Assembly (NCBI GenBank): GCA_040357565.1
Contig: JBDODJ010000082.1
Length of the DNA stretch: 47,462 nt
From: Cercozoa sp. M6MM
Lineage: Eukaryota > Protista > Endomyxa: Ascetosporea
Strand: one strand, 5' to 3'
Of the stretch, positions 25,480 through 37,349 are shown one piece after another. Below the pieces are notes generated by a model. It worked only from the letters and a program-made list of their open reading frames with translations. It ran no database searches and had not been told where the DNA came from. Made by a program: the position numbers and the translations under genes. How positions within the stretch are numbered: the first letter of the stretch is position 1; each line of letters begins with the position of its first letter.

Positions 25480-27447
25480 CTCAACAGTCAGTCGTATTAT
25501 CTTCCTACCTATTGATGCAGTCGATTGAGTCGAGTATTTTTAAATTGTCAAGCATCGTATATTGCAGGAAAATGTACAGTTGCATCGATTCCGTTGTTAA
25601 CTTTGCGACGCTTGGCTTCGGGCTGTAACAATACGCACAACGAGCATATACAATAGCGCGGTGCTATCCGCTGCCATTCAGCATCACTGAAAAAATTTAA
25701 ATTTAGTGCACCCCAAACTCTTCGATAGTGTCTTTGATAAGTTGCGCAAGACCGAAGCTCTCGTTCTTTTCGGCAGCCGCGGCAACGTTTTGTAGCACTG
25801 CCGTATTAAAGCTCACCAAACGCTCACCTTCTTCGGCAATCTCACAAGGCGATGTACTCTACAGAATATTCACCGGAAATACAGCACAAAGGCGATGTAC
25901 TGTATTGTGAGGTTAACAGGGTAAAAGGGGAAGGGTGGGAGTAAGGGGAGTGTAAAAGAGAGGGGGAGTAAGGGGAGTAGGGATAAGTGGTAAGTATTTA
26001 CTGTAGGGTCTGTGAAAAAGAGGTATCGAGTTTGATCGTCCGTCATTGCTCCAAACATTAACTGAAGAACACGACGTATCGCGAAAGCTGTACCTGCTTC
26101 AAGCTCTGGGAGCTGCAAAGCATGCACGCACGCTTTGGTGAAATCCACCGCGAACCCTGCGTTGTAAGGCGACAAATCGAGGAAAACCTCGATGTATTTA
26201 AAAATAGGAATGCCGATAATGTCCTCGCTTGATGGCAGCACCCGAAATCGCACGACTTTCGTGTCATCGTTGGTTTCGAGACCAAACAAGTGATAATACT
26301 GCAACAAATCAGTTTGGAATTTACTGTTGAATGAAACAAGCAATGCCACTGCTTATATTACCAAATCCATCAAACGAGCTTTCACAACGTCGCTCACTTC
26401 TCTCTCGTAAGCCAGCATGTCATCGAGAAGGGTGTTAAAGCGTCTCAACACATGAAAGGCAGCACCAAGATAAATGTGCGAGAAGGAGTCCGTCGCGTCT
26501 CGAAAGCACACGGCATCGAACTCATCACTGTCCGCAAGGTCGGTGAGTAGCTCTCGCCAGTTGAGGTCGAACAGATCTCCCAAGGCACCGTGCATGTGTA
26601 AAATGACAGCTCGTAAGTCAGCGAGATCGTCGGGAAACGATACTTCCAGCAAATTTCGTTTTGTGAGTCGAATTGCATCACAAAAGCCTCGAATCAGTTC
26701 GTGTGAAAGCACGTCGTCTCCTCGATAGGCGTACATTGTGAGGATCCACAGCAAAACTCGAACTTCAGCGGACAGTTGACACCAAGACTGAGCTAAATCG
26801 TTTGTTGCAGTTGTATCTACGACAGCGGAACCTACTCAAACAATCGGCTTCAAACGGGAAGGCGCAAGCATCCTGAATGAGTGCAACTTACGATCAAAAT
26901 TCGACAATGTGGACGCAATGGCAAAACTGTGTAAATGCGGCAACACATGCTCGCGGAAGTGCTTGTGCGAAACGCCGACAACGAGTGGTACACTCTGTAG
27001 TGCCGTCAAGAGAAGGTGCGACACGTATGTCGAGATTTCGTACCCTGAACGTAAGCCCAGGTCAAAGCTGTATGTACTGTATCTATTGACCTAGTGTGAA
27101 AGGTATTTACCACAAATCTCACGTAGCTTCTTTGCACAGCCAATGTATATCAGCACATCGCAGTGACGCAACAGTTGGCTTTGATGTGTTTGCACAAAGT
27201 TCGCGATGCTTTCGCGAAAGAACTCATGGATCTCGGACTCAACAAAATCAATCGAACTCGCATTGGATTCCTTTCTTTCAGCCTCAACAAACACATCGCT
27301 GAGAGACGTCTCAACACTCTCTTCGCTTTCTCCACTGCTCTCGCTTTTATTTTCCTTATGATACTCCATGAGACAAGCGTACATGAAGTCGAACAGAGCG
27401 TCAAGAAGGTCTCGCCGCTCTTTTCGAGTTTGCTCAATTGAAGACAT
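25480..27447 (-). CDS. Orphan tandem paralog 3 (NLS PEAKRRK); 3' end uncertain
   Basis: Same conserved blocks; starts MSSIEQTRKERR. Confidence 0.78.
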
Positions 27448-28128
27448 TCGGGAACTGAAAAAGCTGACTGACAAAAACGCCCTCAACTGCCAGGCTTAAG
27501 CTCCAAAACACACTCCAAGGCCAGTCAATATTGTTCAAAGCTTCGTTAGTAGCCGGGCTTACGGTTTTCGGTAAAAACAAAGACCGAAAACGCTGCTGCC
27601 TCGCAGTCACACTCTGTAAGTCACTCACCTTGGGATTGATCCAATGAATGACCCAGTTTTCAGTCGGTCAATCTTGCCTGTATTGTAGGTCAGTCAACAA
27701 AGCGAGTTCGTAGCATGGTCTGTAGAAGAGCACAGTACAGTACAGTACAGTGCTTTAATTATTGACCTACCCCTAGCTCATTTTAAAGGCCTTTAATTTT
27801 GATTTCGCAGCTTGAGAACGGAAGGTCAACTTCCAAGCTACTTAGGTGACTCAAGTCACTAAACTGCTTTGTAACAGTAATCTTAGTGTACTATGATCAG
27901 GTACGTACGCACATGTATATATTCGCACGACCTAAGATAAATTTACTGCGCACTGGAGTGCAGAGGGTGGTGTATAAATACACCGGACGGGCCCGAGAGA
28001 AACGGGCAGAAGAGCCAGTTGCACCAGTAGGATAGTACCGTACGGTAGCACCTGGCTGGGGACACGAGCGAACGTTGATCGAACGTTCTCGTGTGTGACC
28101 ATGTTGATGTGAGTGTGTGTGAACTCCA

Positions 28129-29540
28129 TCAGCGACGCCAGCGGCGGAAGGAGCGACGAGCCTCCAGTGCACACGGCTGCGCACTGCTCGAGCGCACAGC
28201 AATGGCACGTCGCAGCTGCAGCTCCAGGTAGCGACGGAAGGCGCGACGCGCACAGCAGGCTACGCGGAAGGCAGCGGCACGTCGCTCGAGTTCCTGCAGA
28301 CGCGCCAGTCGGCGTCTGGCCTGGCAGGCAGCCTCGGCGGCCACCTGACGCATCTGCTGCCGCAGCAGCTGTCGGCGACACCAGCACTCGCGGAATGAAG
28401 TCGAACCTCGCTGCTGCTGACGCTGCTGCTGCTGCCGCAGACACTCCAGCGCAGCAGAGTCACTCTCCAGCAGACGCATCAGGCGGAGCTCTTGCGGCGA
28501 GGCACGTGCCGTACTTGCAGGCGTCGCGTGCTGCTGCAGGGGCGACTCGGTGTTGTCGGGCACCCGCAGGCACCCGAGGAAGGCGCTCAGGATTGTCTGC
28601 ACCACCCACACACACACACACACAGCAGTGTGAAACGGTAATCACAAAGACAGACAATACAAACTAAAACAAAGACAAAATCACAAAGACAGAAACACAA
28701 AAAACAAAGACAAAAAAACACAAAACAACACAAAGTGAGAGGGCAGTTCCCAGGCATCCCCAACACCAGGTGCATGCAGAAACCCAACATACGGCAACAC
28801 GCAGCGACATACGAGCACTGAGCACATTGTGTACCATTCCCGATCACGCCAAAATCAGTCTCTTAGTGCTCAAAGCACTCTCAATCTTTGCGTAGTAGTC
28901 GTTGCGCTACAAATCTATGTCCAAAACAGTGTGTGGTGAGAGACGCAGCGTGCTTCTTTGTTCGAACCACGTGCCACGCACTCAATGTGGCTACAACATC
29001 AAACTGCGAAGATTCGGCAGGCCAGCGTGTGTCAGCATGGTATAACACCGCTAGTGGCACCCTCGACGCACCCCACCCCACACGAAACGCACAGAGCCAG
29101 GGCCAAAGCAACGAGAGTGCACAGATTAGATGTGGGACCTGTGCAGCGCGCACTCCAAACTGCACAAACCCCACGGCACACCTCGCGGCGAGCTCTCGGC
29201 ACGCAACACAAAGCAAGTTTTGCAAAAAATCACGCGCGCAGCGTTTCTCCCCACGAGAGTGACTAGTGACCCTTTTGTGAGTGGTAGACACGTGCAAGCA
29301 TTGTCTCACACAATCTAAACCTGCCAAAACATCTAACTGTTTGACAACCAGCACGCTGTGCATTGGTGCCAACATGCGCGCTCCAGGTTTGGCCTCCACT
29401 TTTTGTGGGACAGCATGATCGCAAGAATGAAGGGCGAGACGGCGTTAAAGCAACGGCAAAGAGGTTCGATCGCGAGTTTGGCTCGAGCTCGAGTCTAGTA
29501 TTGCTGGTGCGACATCGTCCACCTTCCGCTCTCTGCATTG
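28129..29540 (-). CDS. Hypothetical multi-exon protein with an Sfi1-like C-terminus; 5' exons uncertain
   Basis: Terminal exon has a coiled coil and RRAFRRY..RRSFRRWRR, resembling Sfi1 centrin-binding repeats; splice acceptor follows a GT-repeat intron at ~28600. Confidence 0.4.
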
Positions 29541-29803
29541 AATTCAATTGTATACGCGATCCGGCGCTGTTATTTAGTTGCAGTAAAACAGCAGGTGGCC
29601 CTAGCAGTTATGATCGGATAGTTTACTTACTTCCAGCCTACTACAGCAACCCCCATTGAGGAACTTCAGGTTCGTCGCTAAAATAAATCAAAAAGTACGT
29701 TAACGTTCACGACTCGCGCGGCGACGGGACAACCAAACGAAGGCAAAGAACTCCCGCTAGACCCGACTCTTTACCGAAACGAATGGCGGCAAGCCCAAAT
29801 GAG

Positions 29804-32800
29804 TTAGCCGCGGTGCGGCAGCGTCGGCGGCGGCGGTACCTGCAGCATCGGCGGCGGCATCGGCATGGACTGCGGGACCACGCCTACGCACACACATACA
29901 TAGTGTTACACCCACGTGTATGGGCAGCAAAGTCGGGGCGGGGGGTACCAACGACAACAGTGGGTGCAGTTGTCACTGTCGTTGGTGCTGTTGGTGCAGA
30001 CACCACGACCGACGGTGCCGCAGTCGCTCGTGTCACCGTCACTGCAGAGGGTGCCAGTCCCTCCTCCTCAGAGGCACCGGCGGCACCCTCGTTCGTCAGC
30101 AGCTGCTGCAGCACGAAGCGGCGTTGCGCGGCACGTCGCGGTCGGCGTGTGCGCTGCGGCACTTCTGCAACAACAGAGGGAGGGTAAGACAAACACAAAG
30201 GGCAGGAAGGGTAGGTAGGCGGCAGGGAGGCACCTTCAGGCGGCACCTGACGCCGCTTCGATGGAGGTCGCTCCAGCACACTGCGTGCGCGTGCTCGCTT
30301 GCCTGTCCACCAGACATACTTACAGAAGGAACACACAGACGAGGGGCATACCAGCCGGTGCATTCGCCTGTGTCTACATGGCCAGGATATAATCTACAAA
30401 GAAAGTTGCTTATCTGTAGGGGAAGGTACCTGCACATACTGGTGTCTCCGCGTGCCTGACCTCTGAGCGTACTGTTGTTGTTGTCGCAGGTGCTGCTGCT
30501 GTAGTTGATGATGTTGCTGGTGTTGCTGGTGCTGGTGCTGGTGGTGCTGCTGCAGCAGCAGGTGCTCCTCCACGTCGCTGTCGCTGTCGAACGCCTCGCT
30601 GCGTCGTCGCCGACTGCGCGCCTTCTTGCGCTTCGTCTGCCCGCCTCGCCGACGGTGCGCATCAGCTCGTGCGTGTCCATGTTGGCTACATCAAATTAAG
30701 AACACATCGTACAGTACACGTATGGTAAATATGGACACACAGCGAGAGCCAGTACCGCACGCGCTTACAGGCGGCACATACGCAGACGCCAATGCAGGCA
30801 GGACTGCGGGGGAGGGGGGACCATAGGAAGTAGACCGGGGGGGGGGGGTACACAGAATGGTCTACCACAGGTAGGGCGCAATCCCGCCGAGTGCGGACAT
30901 GCGCGCGAACCTGTCCAACACATACACCAGTCGTCCAGTCCAGCAGCCCAGCCCAGTCCAGTCCAGTCCAGTCCGGTCCAGTCCAGTCCAGTCCATCCCA
31001 ACCCAATCCCATCCCAACAGTAAGAAATAAAACGTGGTGAGGGGATACCGCGTGGTCTGGTAGAACTTGGCCAGACACGGCCGACAGTACTTCTTCTTGC
31101 ACATGCGCGGCTTGGCCTTGTCGTCGTCCTTCTGCGGGCAGGCAGGGGCAGGGCCAGAGGGTAGGGTGGGCGACAAAGGAGCGGAGGTAAAGGGTAGGGG
31201 TAAGAGGGTAGGGGTAAGAGGGTAGGGTGTAAGAGGGTAGAGGGTAAGAGGGTAGGGGGTAAGAGGGTAGAGAGGGGTGGGAGCAAAGGAAGTGCTACGC
31301 CGTTGGTAGCAGCAGCGGCCTCCTTGTCAAAGAGCGCATGCAGGTCACATGTCAGTCGGCAGAAGATCACGGCGTCGGCACGGTGGCGTTTCTTGCACTA
31401 CAGAGGGATGGATCAACCATCAGGACACATGCACACCAGTCACACACGGTGCTACTTGGTGGCACGACAGGCCCGTGCCCATGGCGAGTGGCGCTTCCGA
31501 ACCATCGGCCAGCTGCGCCGTCATGACGCCGTTGCTGCTGCCGTGCATGCCTAGAGGGGGGGGGGGTATAATTGGATGTGCATAGGTACAGGTGCACAGA
31601 AGGAATCGAAGTACCCTGCTGGTGCACACGTGCCAGCGTACGACGCGACGATGACGCTCCGGCCGGCCGAAACGGCCGCAGCTTGGCATTGACTCTGTGG
31701 GAAGGTAGGGTAGAGAGGGTACAGGGTGGGGTACAGGGTAGGCTAGGGTAGAGAGGGAGGGAAAGGGCAGGATACACTCGCGTGGCCTCGTCGAGGTAGG
31801 CATTCTCGCCGAGCGACTCGACCGTGTCGCCCAACTCGCCCGAGTCGTCGTCGTTGCGCGCGTCGCTATCGCCAGTCTCGCTGTCGTCCAGGTGCTCTGG
31901 CCGACTGCGTCCGCGCTGACTGCCATTGTGCCGCCTCTTACGTGCGCTGCCTAGTGCTATGTCGTCGGCGTCTATCCAAGGGGGCACAATTACAGAGACG
32001 GTAGCATACGGGGCAGGGAGGAGACAATGTACCAGCAGAGTGTTTCGACACGCGAACACCACCATCAGCAGTCGGCAGAGAGACCTGTATACGCGCACTA
32101 ACACGACAGTTAATATGCCATTGGTGGGAGATTCTACCTTGACAGTCTTCGCGTCCAGCGGCAGCGATGGCGACGTATCGGGCGTGCGATCCGTCAGCGG
32201 CAGCGACACGCCGCCTTGCTTGCCGCCTGCAAGCCCAACAGTCACGAGTACCTTCGGAAACACAAGAACCAGGCAAGCCAGGTCAAAGGCACCTGCCACG
32301 AGTTGCAGTCGGATGGTGCCGGTGCCGTAGCCGTCGTCGCTGTCGTCGTCGCTATCGTCAGTGTCATTGACACTCGTGTGCCCGTTCGACTCGTTGCTGC
32401 AAGCACATGTGTGCGTACAATCACAAAGGTACTCGGCTACCCAGAACGAGAAGGGTACCCGGACTCGTCCGACAAGGAATGTTGCAGAAAGTCGAGCACG
32501 AGCTCGTCCTCACCTACAAAGCACTCACGTGTTGAACCACCTCGCCAGAAAATAGAAGGGAAGGCACGCTCAAGCAGGTGCAGTGCGGGCGGACACGACT
32601 CTGCCCGACGCAGGGGCGGTAGTTGCGACGACAGCAACGTCAAATCGTCCAGGTAGCTGCCCTGTGTCTGTGTCACGCACCGACAATAGCACTCGAAACA
32701 AGTAAAGCCAGGACACAGGAGAGCAAAGAATGCACCTCGTAACGGGCTGACTCCAGTGTTGGCGAGAACCTGTGCACAAAGCGAAAGATCGAAACGATCA

Positions 32801-33540
32801 AGGAGGTTTGGACCAACGATGTACTGCTCAGCAGGCGTGCAAGGCGGCACGTCGCCGTAGTTTTTGTTGTGAGGCCACTCGACAATCGTGTCATCATCAT
32901 CGTCTGCCACTGCACAACAGTAGAGCCTAGTTAGAGGAGAGACAAAGATCGCACTGAGCAGAGTACCGCCCAGCAAAGCAGACGCAGCAGCAGTTCCGTA
33001 CTGCAAGCACCCACACATACACCAACTTGGAGGCAACACCACACAGATAGTTCGATCATCGACTCACCTGTGGATTGAAGTAGTGCAAGTGCACTTGTGT
33101 CCCGTCCGCCGCCTCACTTCTGTAGCGATAAAACAAAGAGTGAACGCACATTAAACAAACAACTAATTTCAACTGTCACAAGTACCGAGTGGACAAGCGG
33201 AAGACCGGTGGCGTTTGCGAGTCACCGGCTGAGACACAGCACATCATTTGGGAAGCACAAGTCCTTAAGAAAACTCTTACAAGGCGCGCTTGCAGCCAAG
33301 TGTTGCGGAGTTAGTTGCAACATGTTTGCTCGAGCCTCTGTCCTCCCCAGTCAAACACCATAAACACACAGACAACATGATGTAACAGCATACACTGGCG
33401 ACGGACGGAACAGGTAGCGTAAAGCAGCTCCTTGTCGCTCGTGCGCGCGCTAGCAGTCCCCCTGTTGTACAAAACAACATGCTTTCTTTGTAACTCACCC
33501 TTCTGGCACACAAGAGACACAAGTTCTTGCTGCACATACG
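29804..33540 (-). CDS. zf-4CXXC_R1 (CDCA7-type zinc finger) nuclear protein; start unresolved
   Basis: Spliced SCHQ|CKKRHRADAVIFC..CKKKYCRPCLAKFY..YLC|PACIGVCVCAACKR; acidic tracts; NLS-like RKRRH and PPSKRR; ends PPPPTLPHRG*. Confidence 0.8.
30927..31017. repeat. (CCAGT)n pentanucleotide repeat, intronic
   Basis: Directly visible ccagt tandem copies. Confidence 0.85.
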
Positions 33541-34513
33541 TGTTGGAAAAACACACGCACAAGTTCACGTAAAACAAGTTATTTGAAGCAGAGTGGCAAC
33601 TTTACCTTTACGAAGCCCGAAAATGGCGCCGAAAGAGGGACTCAAACTTTGATTCTGACGACACTCACCTGACTTGAATCGTCAAGTGAGTTCTGATGGC
33701 CGTCTTAGTGTCACAGCGCACGCGATCAAATCAACACGCGAGACACCACACCGGGAGGCTCTAGGATCAGTGTTTCTGGGCGGCCACCACGATTTTTCGC
33801 GTTTTTTCATTGTTTATTATTGTGTGAGTCGGCGATCCGCGCGGAATCAATGGACTCGAGAACCAATGGCCGTCTGACTCGATGTTCGGTGAATTGAGAA
33901 CCGACGTTGAAACGGTTCAGCTTTAGTGTTTTGCGTGGTCATGCTACCAAAACGTTGCTCCGGCTGTCAATTGTGCTGCGCAACAGGGACTGGCTCGTGT
34001 GGTTGGCTGCTTGTTTTTGAGCGTTATAGTTTTGGCGGTGCGCCGGAGAGATTCGCAGAACCAGGTTAGCTTCATACTCGCGGACAAGAGCAATCGTTGG
34101 CGGTGCTAGGCAGTTGCAACCAAGGCCGGGCCATCAGCAACAGAATTCTGTTGCCATCGCGTGCTGCTGAGCACAAGCACAGTACCAACATACAGCAAGG
34201 CAACTGCTTTAGGCTGTTTATCTTCTTTTACTGTAGTTTTTGGTATTTTTTGCAAACGCTGGAACGGGGTGTTTTCGAGTAGAAATTGAAATTAATCAAG
34301 ATTAATTGGCACCGAAGTGTGTTCACCTCGGTTGTTACGGACTATCGCTCAAAGGAATTGTTACGGGCTAATGTGCCTCACCGTAAGCGTAGCGTCGGTA
34401 GCGACTAGAGCGCTAGCTTGATTGAAATCTTAAGGTATCGGCTATCGGTGTAAATTTATACCTGTTTCACCATGCTTGCTGTGTACGTGTTAGCACTGCA
34501 GACCGATCGGGAC

Positions 34514-34855
34514 ATGATGGCGCTCCGACTGCTTGTATCAGCCCTTGTGTTTAGTACAAGCTGCGTCGTTGCGCTACCATTGCGCGTGCCAACGTCAAAT
34601 GTTGCGGCTATGAAGCACCTCATTGAACTGAAGCAATCAACCTCTTGGCATGAATACGCCACGGCGAAAAAAGAGGCCGAAGACACAGCTATGCACTGGA
34701 AGTCGCAAAAAGAACTCGACGAAGCACTGGACAATGCACTGAAAAAGCTCAAGAAGCTTAAAGACGACCGATCTGATGTCGTGCAAGATCTTGTGCAGCA
34801 AGAACTCGACGAACTCGAGCGGCTTTTCTTGACGTCCCGAGTGCACTGGGTCTAA
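34514..34855 (+). CDS. Small secreted helical protein (113 aa, single exon)
   Basis: Signal-peptide-like MMALRLLVSALVFSTSCVVALP followed by a charged amphipathic helical region. Confidence 0.7.
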   Translation: MMALRLLVSALVFSTSCVVALPLRVPTSNVAAMKHLIELKQSTSWHEYATAKKEAEDTAMHWKSQKELDEALDNALKKLKKLKDDRSDVVQDLVQQELDELERLFLTSRVHWV

Positions 34856-35591
34856 CACGACGCGGTTCGGTTGAAGTGCCGTCACGATACAATATCGAAT
34901 TCGAATTACGTTAGGATATTGGAAGATATTATGGACTCACTCAGAGTATCATGCAGTAGCGCAGACCATATAAGTTTAATATCATGAAGCAAAAGAGAAA
35001 GGAAGAGGCCAGTTTGCAAAGAGAAAACCCTCTTTTGTTAGATGTACCGCTGCATGCCATGTATGGTTGAGGCACTATTGGTACGCTCGAATCGAAAAAG
35101 TCCAAAAAAATGGCAGAAATCGAGGACCGTTTAGGCAGGTCACTTGCTTTAAGGCGATCTGAACACAAATTAGAACCTTTGTGAGGCTTAACTGCTGCTT
35201 AAACGACGTTTTCAGACAAAAACTAGCGTGTTGCTAACGGCATTTTTTTATTGTGCCTCAAAAACCGCCAAACCGTACCCGACAAAATCCTACTCGGCCG
35301 ACTACTGAAGCACCTGTCAGTCATGCCAAATAAAGAATTGAAGTGTTTTGCTGAGGCTGAGAGTTGGTACCTAACAGTTGAGTGTTGCCTAGCTTGGCAT
35401 ACCCAGTGTTGGTAGAGTGGCGAGCAGCTCGAGCTGCAAGAATTGAAACAGCCCTCAAAGGATACCATGCTCAACTGACTTGCTCTATCTTGAGCAGGCA
35501 AGAGGGTTATTTTGGGAAATAACATCAACATTAGTACGGTAACAAAAGTAACGTATAAAGCGAATGGACAGCTCGTCGAAACAACTTGTTT

Positions 35592-36834
35592 TCACTTGCT
35601 AACAGCGGAACGGGCGCGGTGCTTCTGGATGTGCTGCGACACGGAGAGCGTGACAGCGCGCGTCAGAAGCAGCGCGAGCAGCGGCGTGACGTTCTTGTTG
35701 GACTGCGCCGGCAGCTCAGAAGACGGCGGACAGGAAGTCGTCGTCTCCACTGTGACGCGGCGTGACGAGGCCGCTGGGAGAGCCCAGTTCGCCGAGGAGG
35801 TCAGTTTCAAAGCTCGCTGTACATACAGGGACAACGGTACAGTCAAGTCCAACAAGTCAAGTTCAACAAGTCAATCAACGAATGAATTCAATGAGAGTGT
35901 ACCGCCGAAAACTGCGTTGAAGTCGTCCATGTCGAATTCGGCGAACGCGGCGATTTCATCAGGCGTCGCCAAGGTATGTCGGCCAACTGTAGCGGTATCG
36001 GTCGATCCTCCTGCTTCAGCTGCTGCTGCTGTTGTTGTTGCTGCTGCTGCGGTTGTTGTTGTTGTTGCTTCTGCTGCTTCAGCGACACCGGGAAGCACGA
36101 CGAGTCTGGGCGGAGGCACAGAGCCCTGCTCACCAACGTGCAGAGCAGCGCCGATATCAGACGCGCGAGCCACTCCAACTGCTGGGAATTCACAATCTCA
36201 AGTTCTGCTGACTTGTTGATAGGGCTCGCGCGGCCGGCGGCTGCCTGCTGCACCTGCTCTCACCACACAGACAAAGGTACAGGGGGGGTACAGGAAAGAT
36301 GTCGGGTCGGGTCGGGTCGCAAGGTAGCAAGGTAGCAAAGGGTACAATGTTGGTTTCGAGATGATGCTGCTGTTCCAGTGCCTGCACTCGCATGCGGAGC
36401 TCCTGGTTCTCGCGTCGCAGCTGCTGCGACTCGGCGGCCTGCTGCTCGAGCGCCGACAGACGCGCCGACAGCGCCGCGTTCTGCTGCTCGAGAGCGGCGG
36501 CGCGGTCCTCCAGATTCGCAATGTAAAGCTTCTTACGCGCGCGCGAGTTCGCCGCCGCCACGCGATTGCGTTCGCGTCGCTCGGCCAGTTCGTCCTGCGA
36601 CTCGTTCTTTCGCGCGCGCGCTCTCGAAGCTTTCGTGCCGGCCGTGCGGCGTCGCTTCGTCGTGCTCAGACCTCCTTCGTCACTGTCACTGCCGCTACTC
36701 GAAGACGGCGACAGAGAACGCGTTCGTCTCATGCCGGCACGAACGGCTTCGACATTAGATTGCTGCTGTTGCTGTGACTGCTGAGGCAGCTGTTGCTGTG
36801 GCTGCAGCACTGGCAGCACTGGCGGCGCAGGCAT
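35592..36834 (-). CDS. XBP1/HAC1/bZIP60-like bZIP transcription factor (unspliced form 354 aa, stop at 35592; IRE1-spliced form 304 aa, stop at 35716)
   Basis: bZIP RRERNRVAAANSRARKKLYIANLE plus leucine heptads; spliceosomal introns 36254-36345 and 35817-35902; two overlapping open frames downstream of an IRE1-type double stem-loop. Confidence 0.9.
36182..36207 (-). other. Putative 26-nt IRE1-cleaved unconventional intron
   Basis: Stem-loop 1 CAAGU-CAG^CAGA-ACUUG (36215-36199) and stem-loop 2 AUUCC-CAG^CAGUU-GGAGU (36189-36172) fit the CNG^CNG consensus; excision joins the bZIP to the acidic frame. Confidence 0.85.
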
Positions 36835-36941
36835 GCTGGCGTGCTGGAACCTGCCCCCAAAACGTCCCAGGCGTACTTAGATCCAAGCACTCAGCTCAAA
36901 ATAGCTCAAAAACAGTCACGGACTGCGACTGCCAACTGGCA

Positions 36942-36964
36942 TGACGTCACAAAAAATGACGTCA
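36942..36964. promoter_or_regulatory. Two perfect CRE palindromes TGACGTCA (36942-36949, 36957-36964) upstream of the bZIP gene
   Basis: Exact 8-mers 15 bp apart, about 110-130 bp upstream of the ATG; a CACGTG also lies at 37062. Confidence 0.65.
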
Positions 36965-37349
36965 TCGCGGGAAAAACGAAAATTCCACAGCTCCAATCCT
37001 TACCCCAGCGCACTTAGATCGGGCCGTGCCGAAGCCAAGATCTCCTGGAACGACATCACGGCACGTGTCGCCCTTTGTGGGTGTCTCGACGCCAAACATT
37101 ATTTTGTAGCCACTTTTTGGTTTGTAGCCGCGGCCACCTGTCAGTTTTTTTTTTCCGGTTTTAATGTACAGTGGCAGTATACTGGACGCTGTGTGTAACT
37201 GTATTCGAGACTAATGAGCGAAAATCGTTTTTTTTGCCAACCCCGTGACGCCTTTAAGTTGGAATGCGAAAGCGACGTCACACGGCCGAACCGACCACGA
37301 ACGCGAGAGGAAGCACTGCCGACAGGGCACCATTGGCTGAACGTTTCGG

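Noticed and set aside
32437-33042. Separate gene ending at the stop at 32437
   Set aside because: A GTAC donor at ~32459 splices in frame to the next exon (ESG|NESNG), joining it to the zinc-finger gene.
34984-35184. Plus-strand frame with one internal TGA (selenoprotein or pseudogene)
   Set aside because: No recognisable homology or SECIS element; consistent with chance.
35512-36777. Plus-strand ORFs of 235, 119 and 138 aa
   Set aside because: Antisense shadows of the GC-rich bZIP gene.
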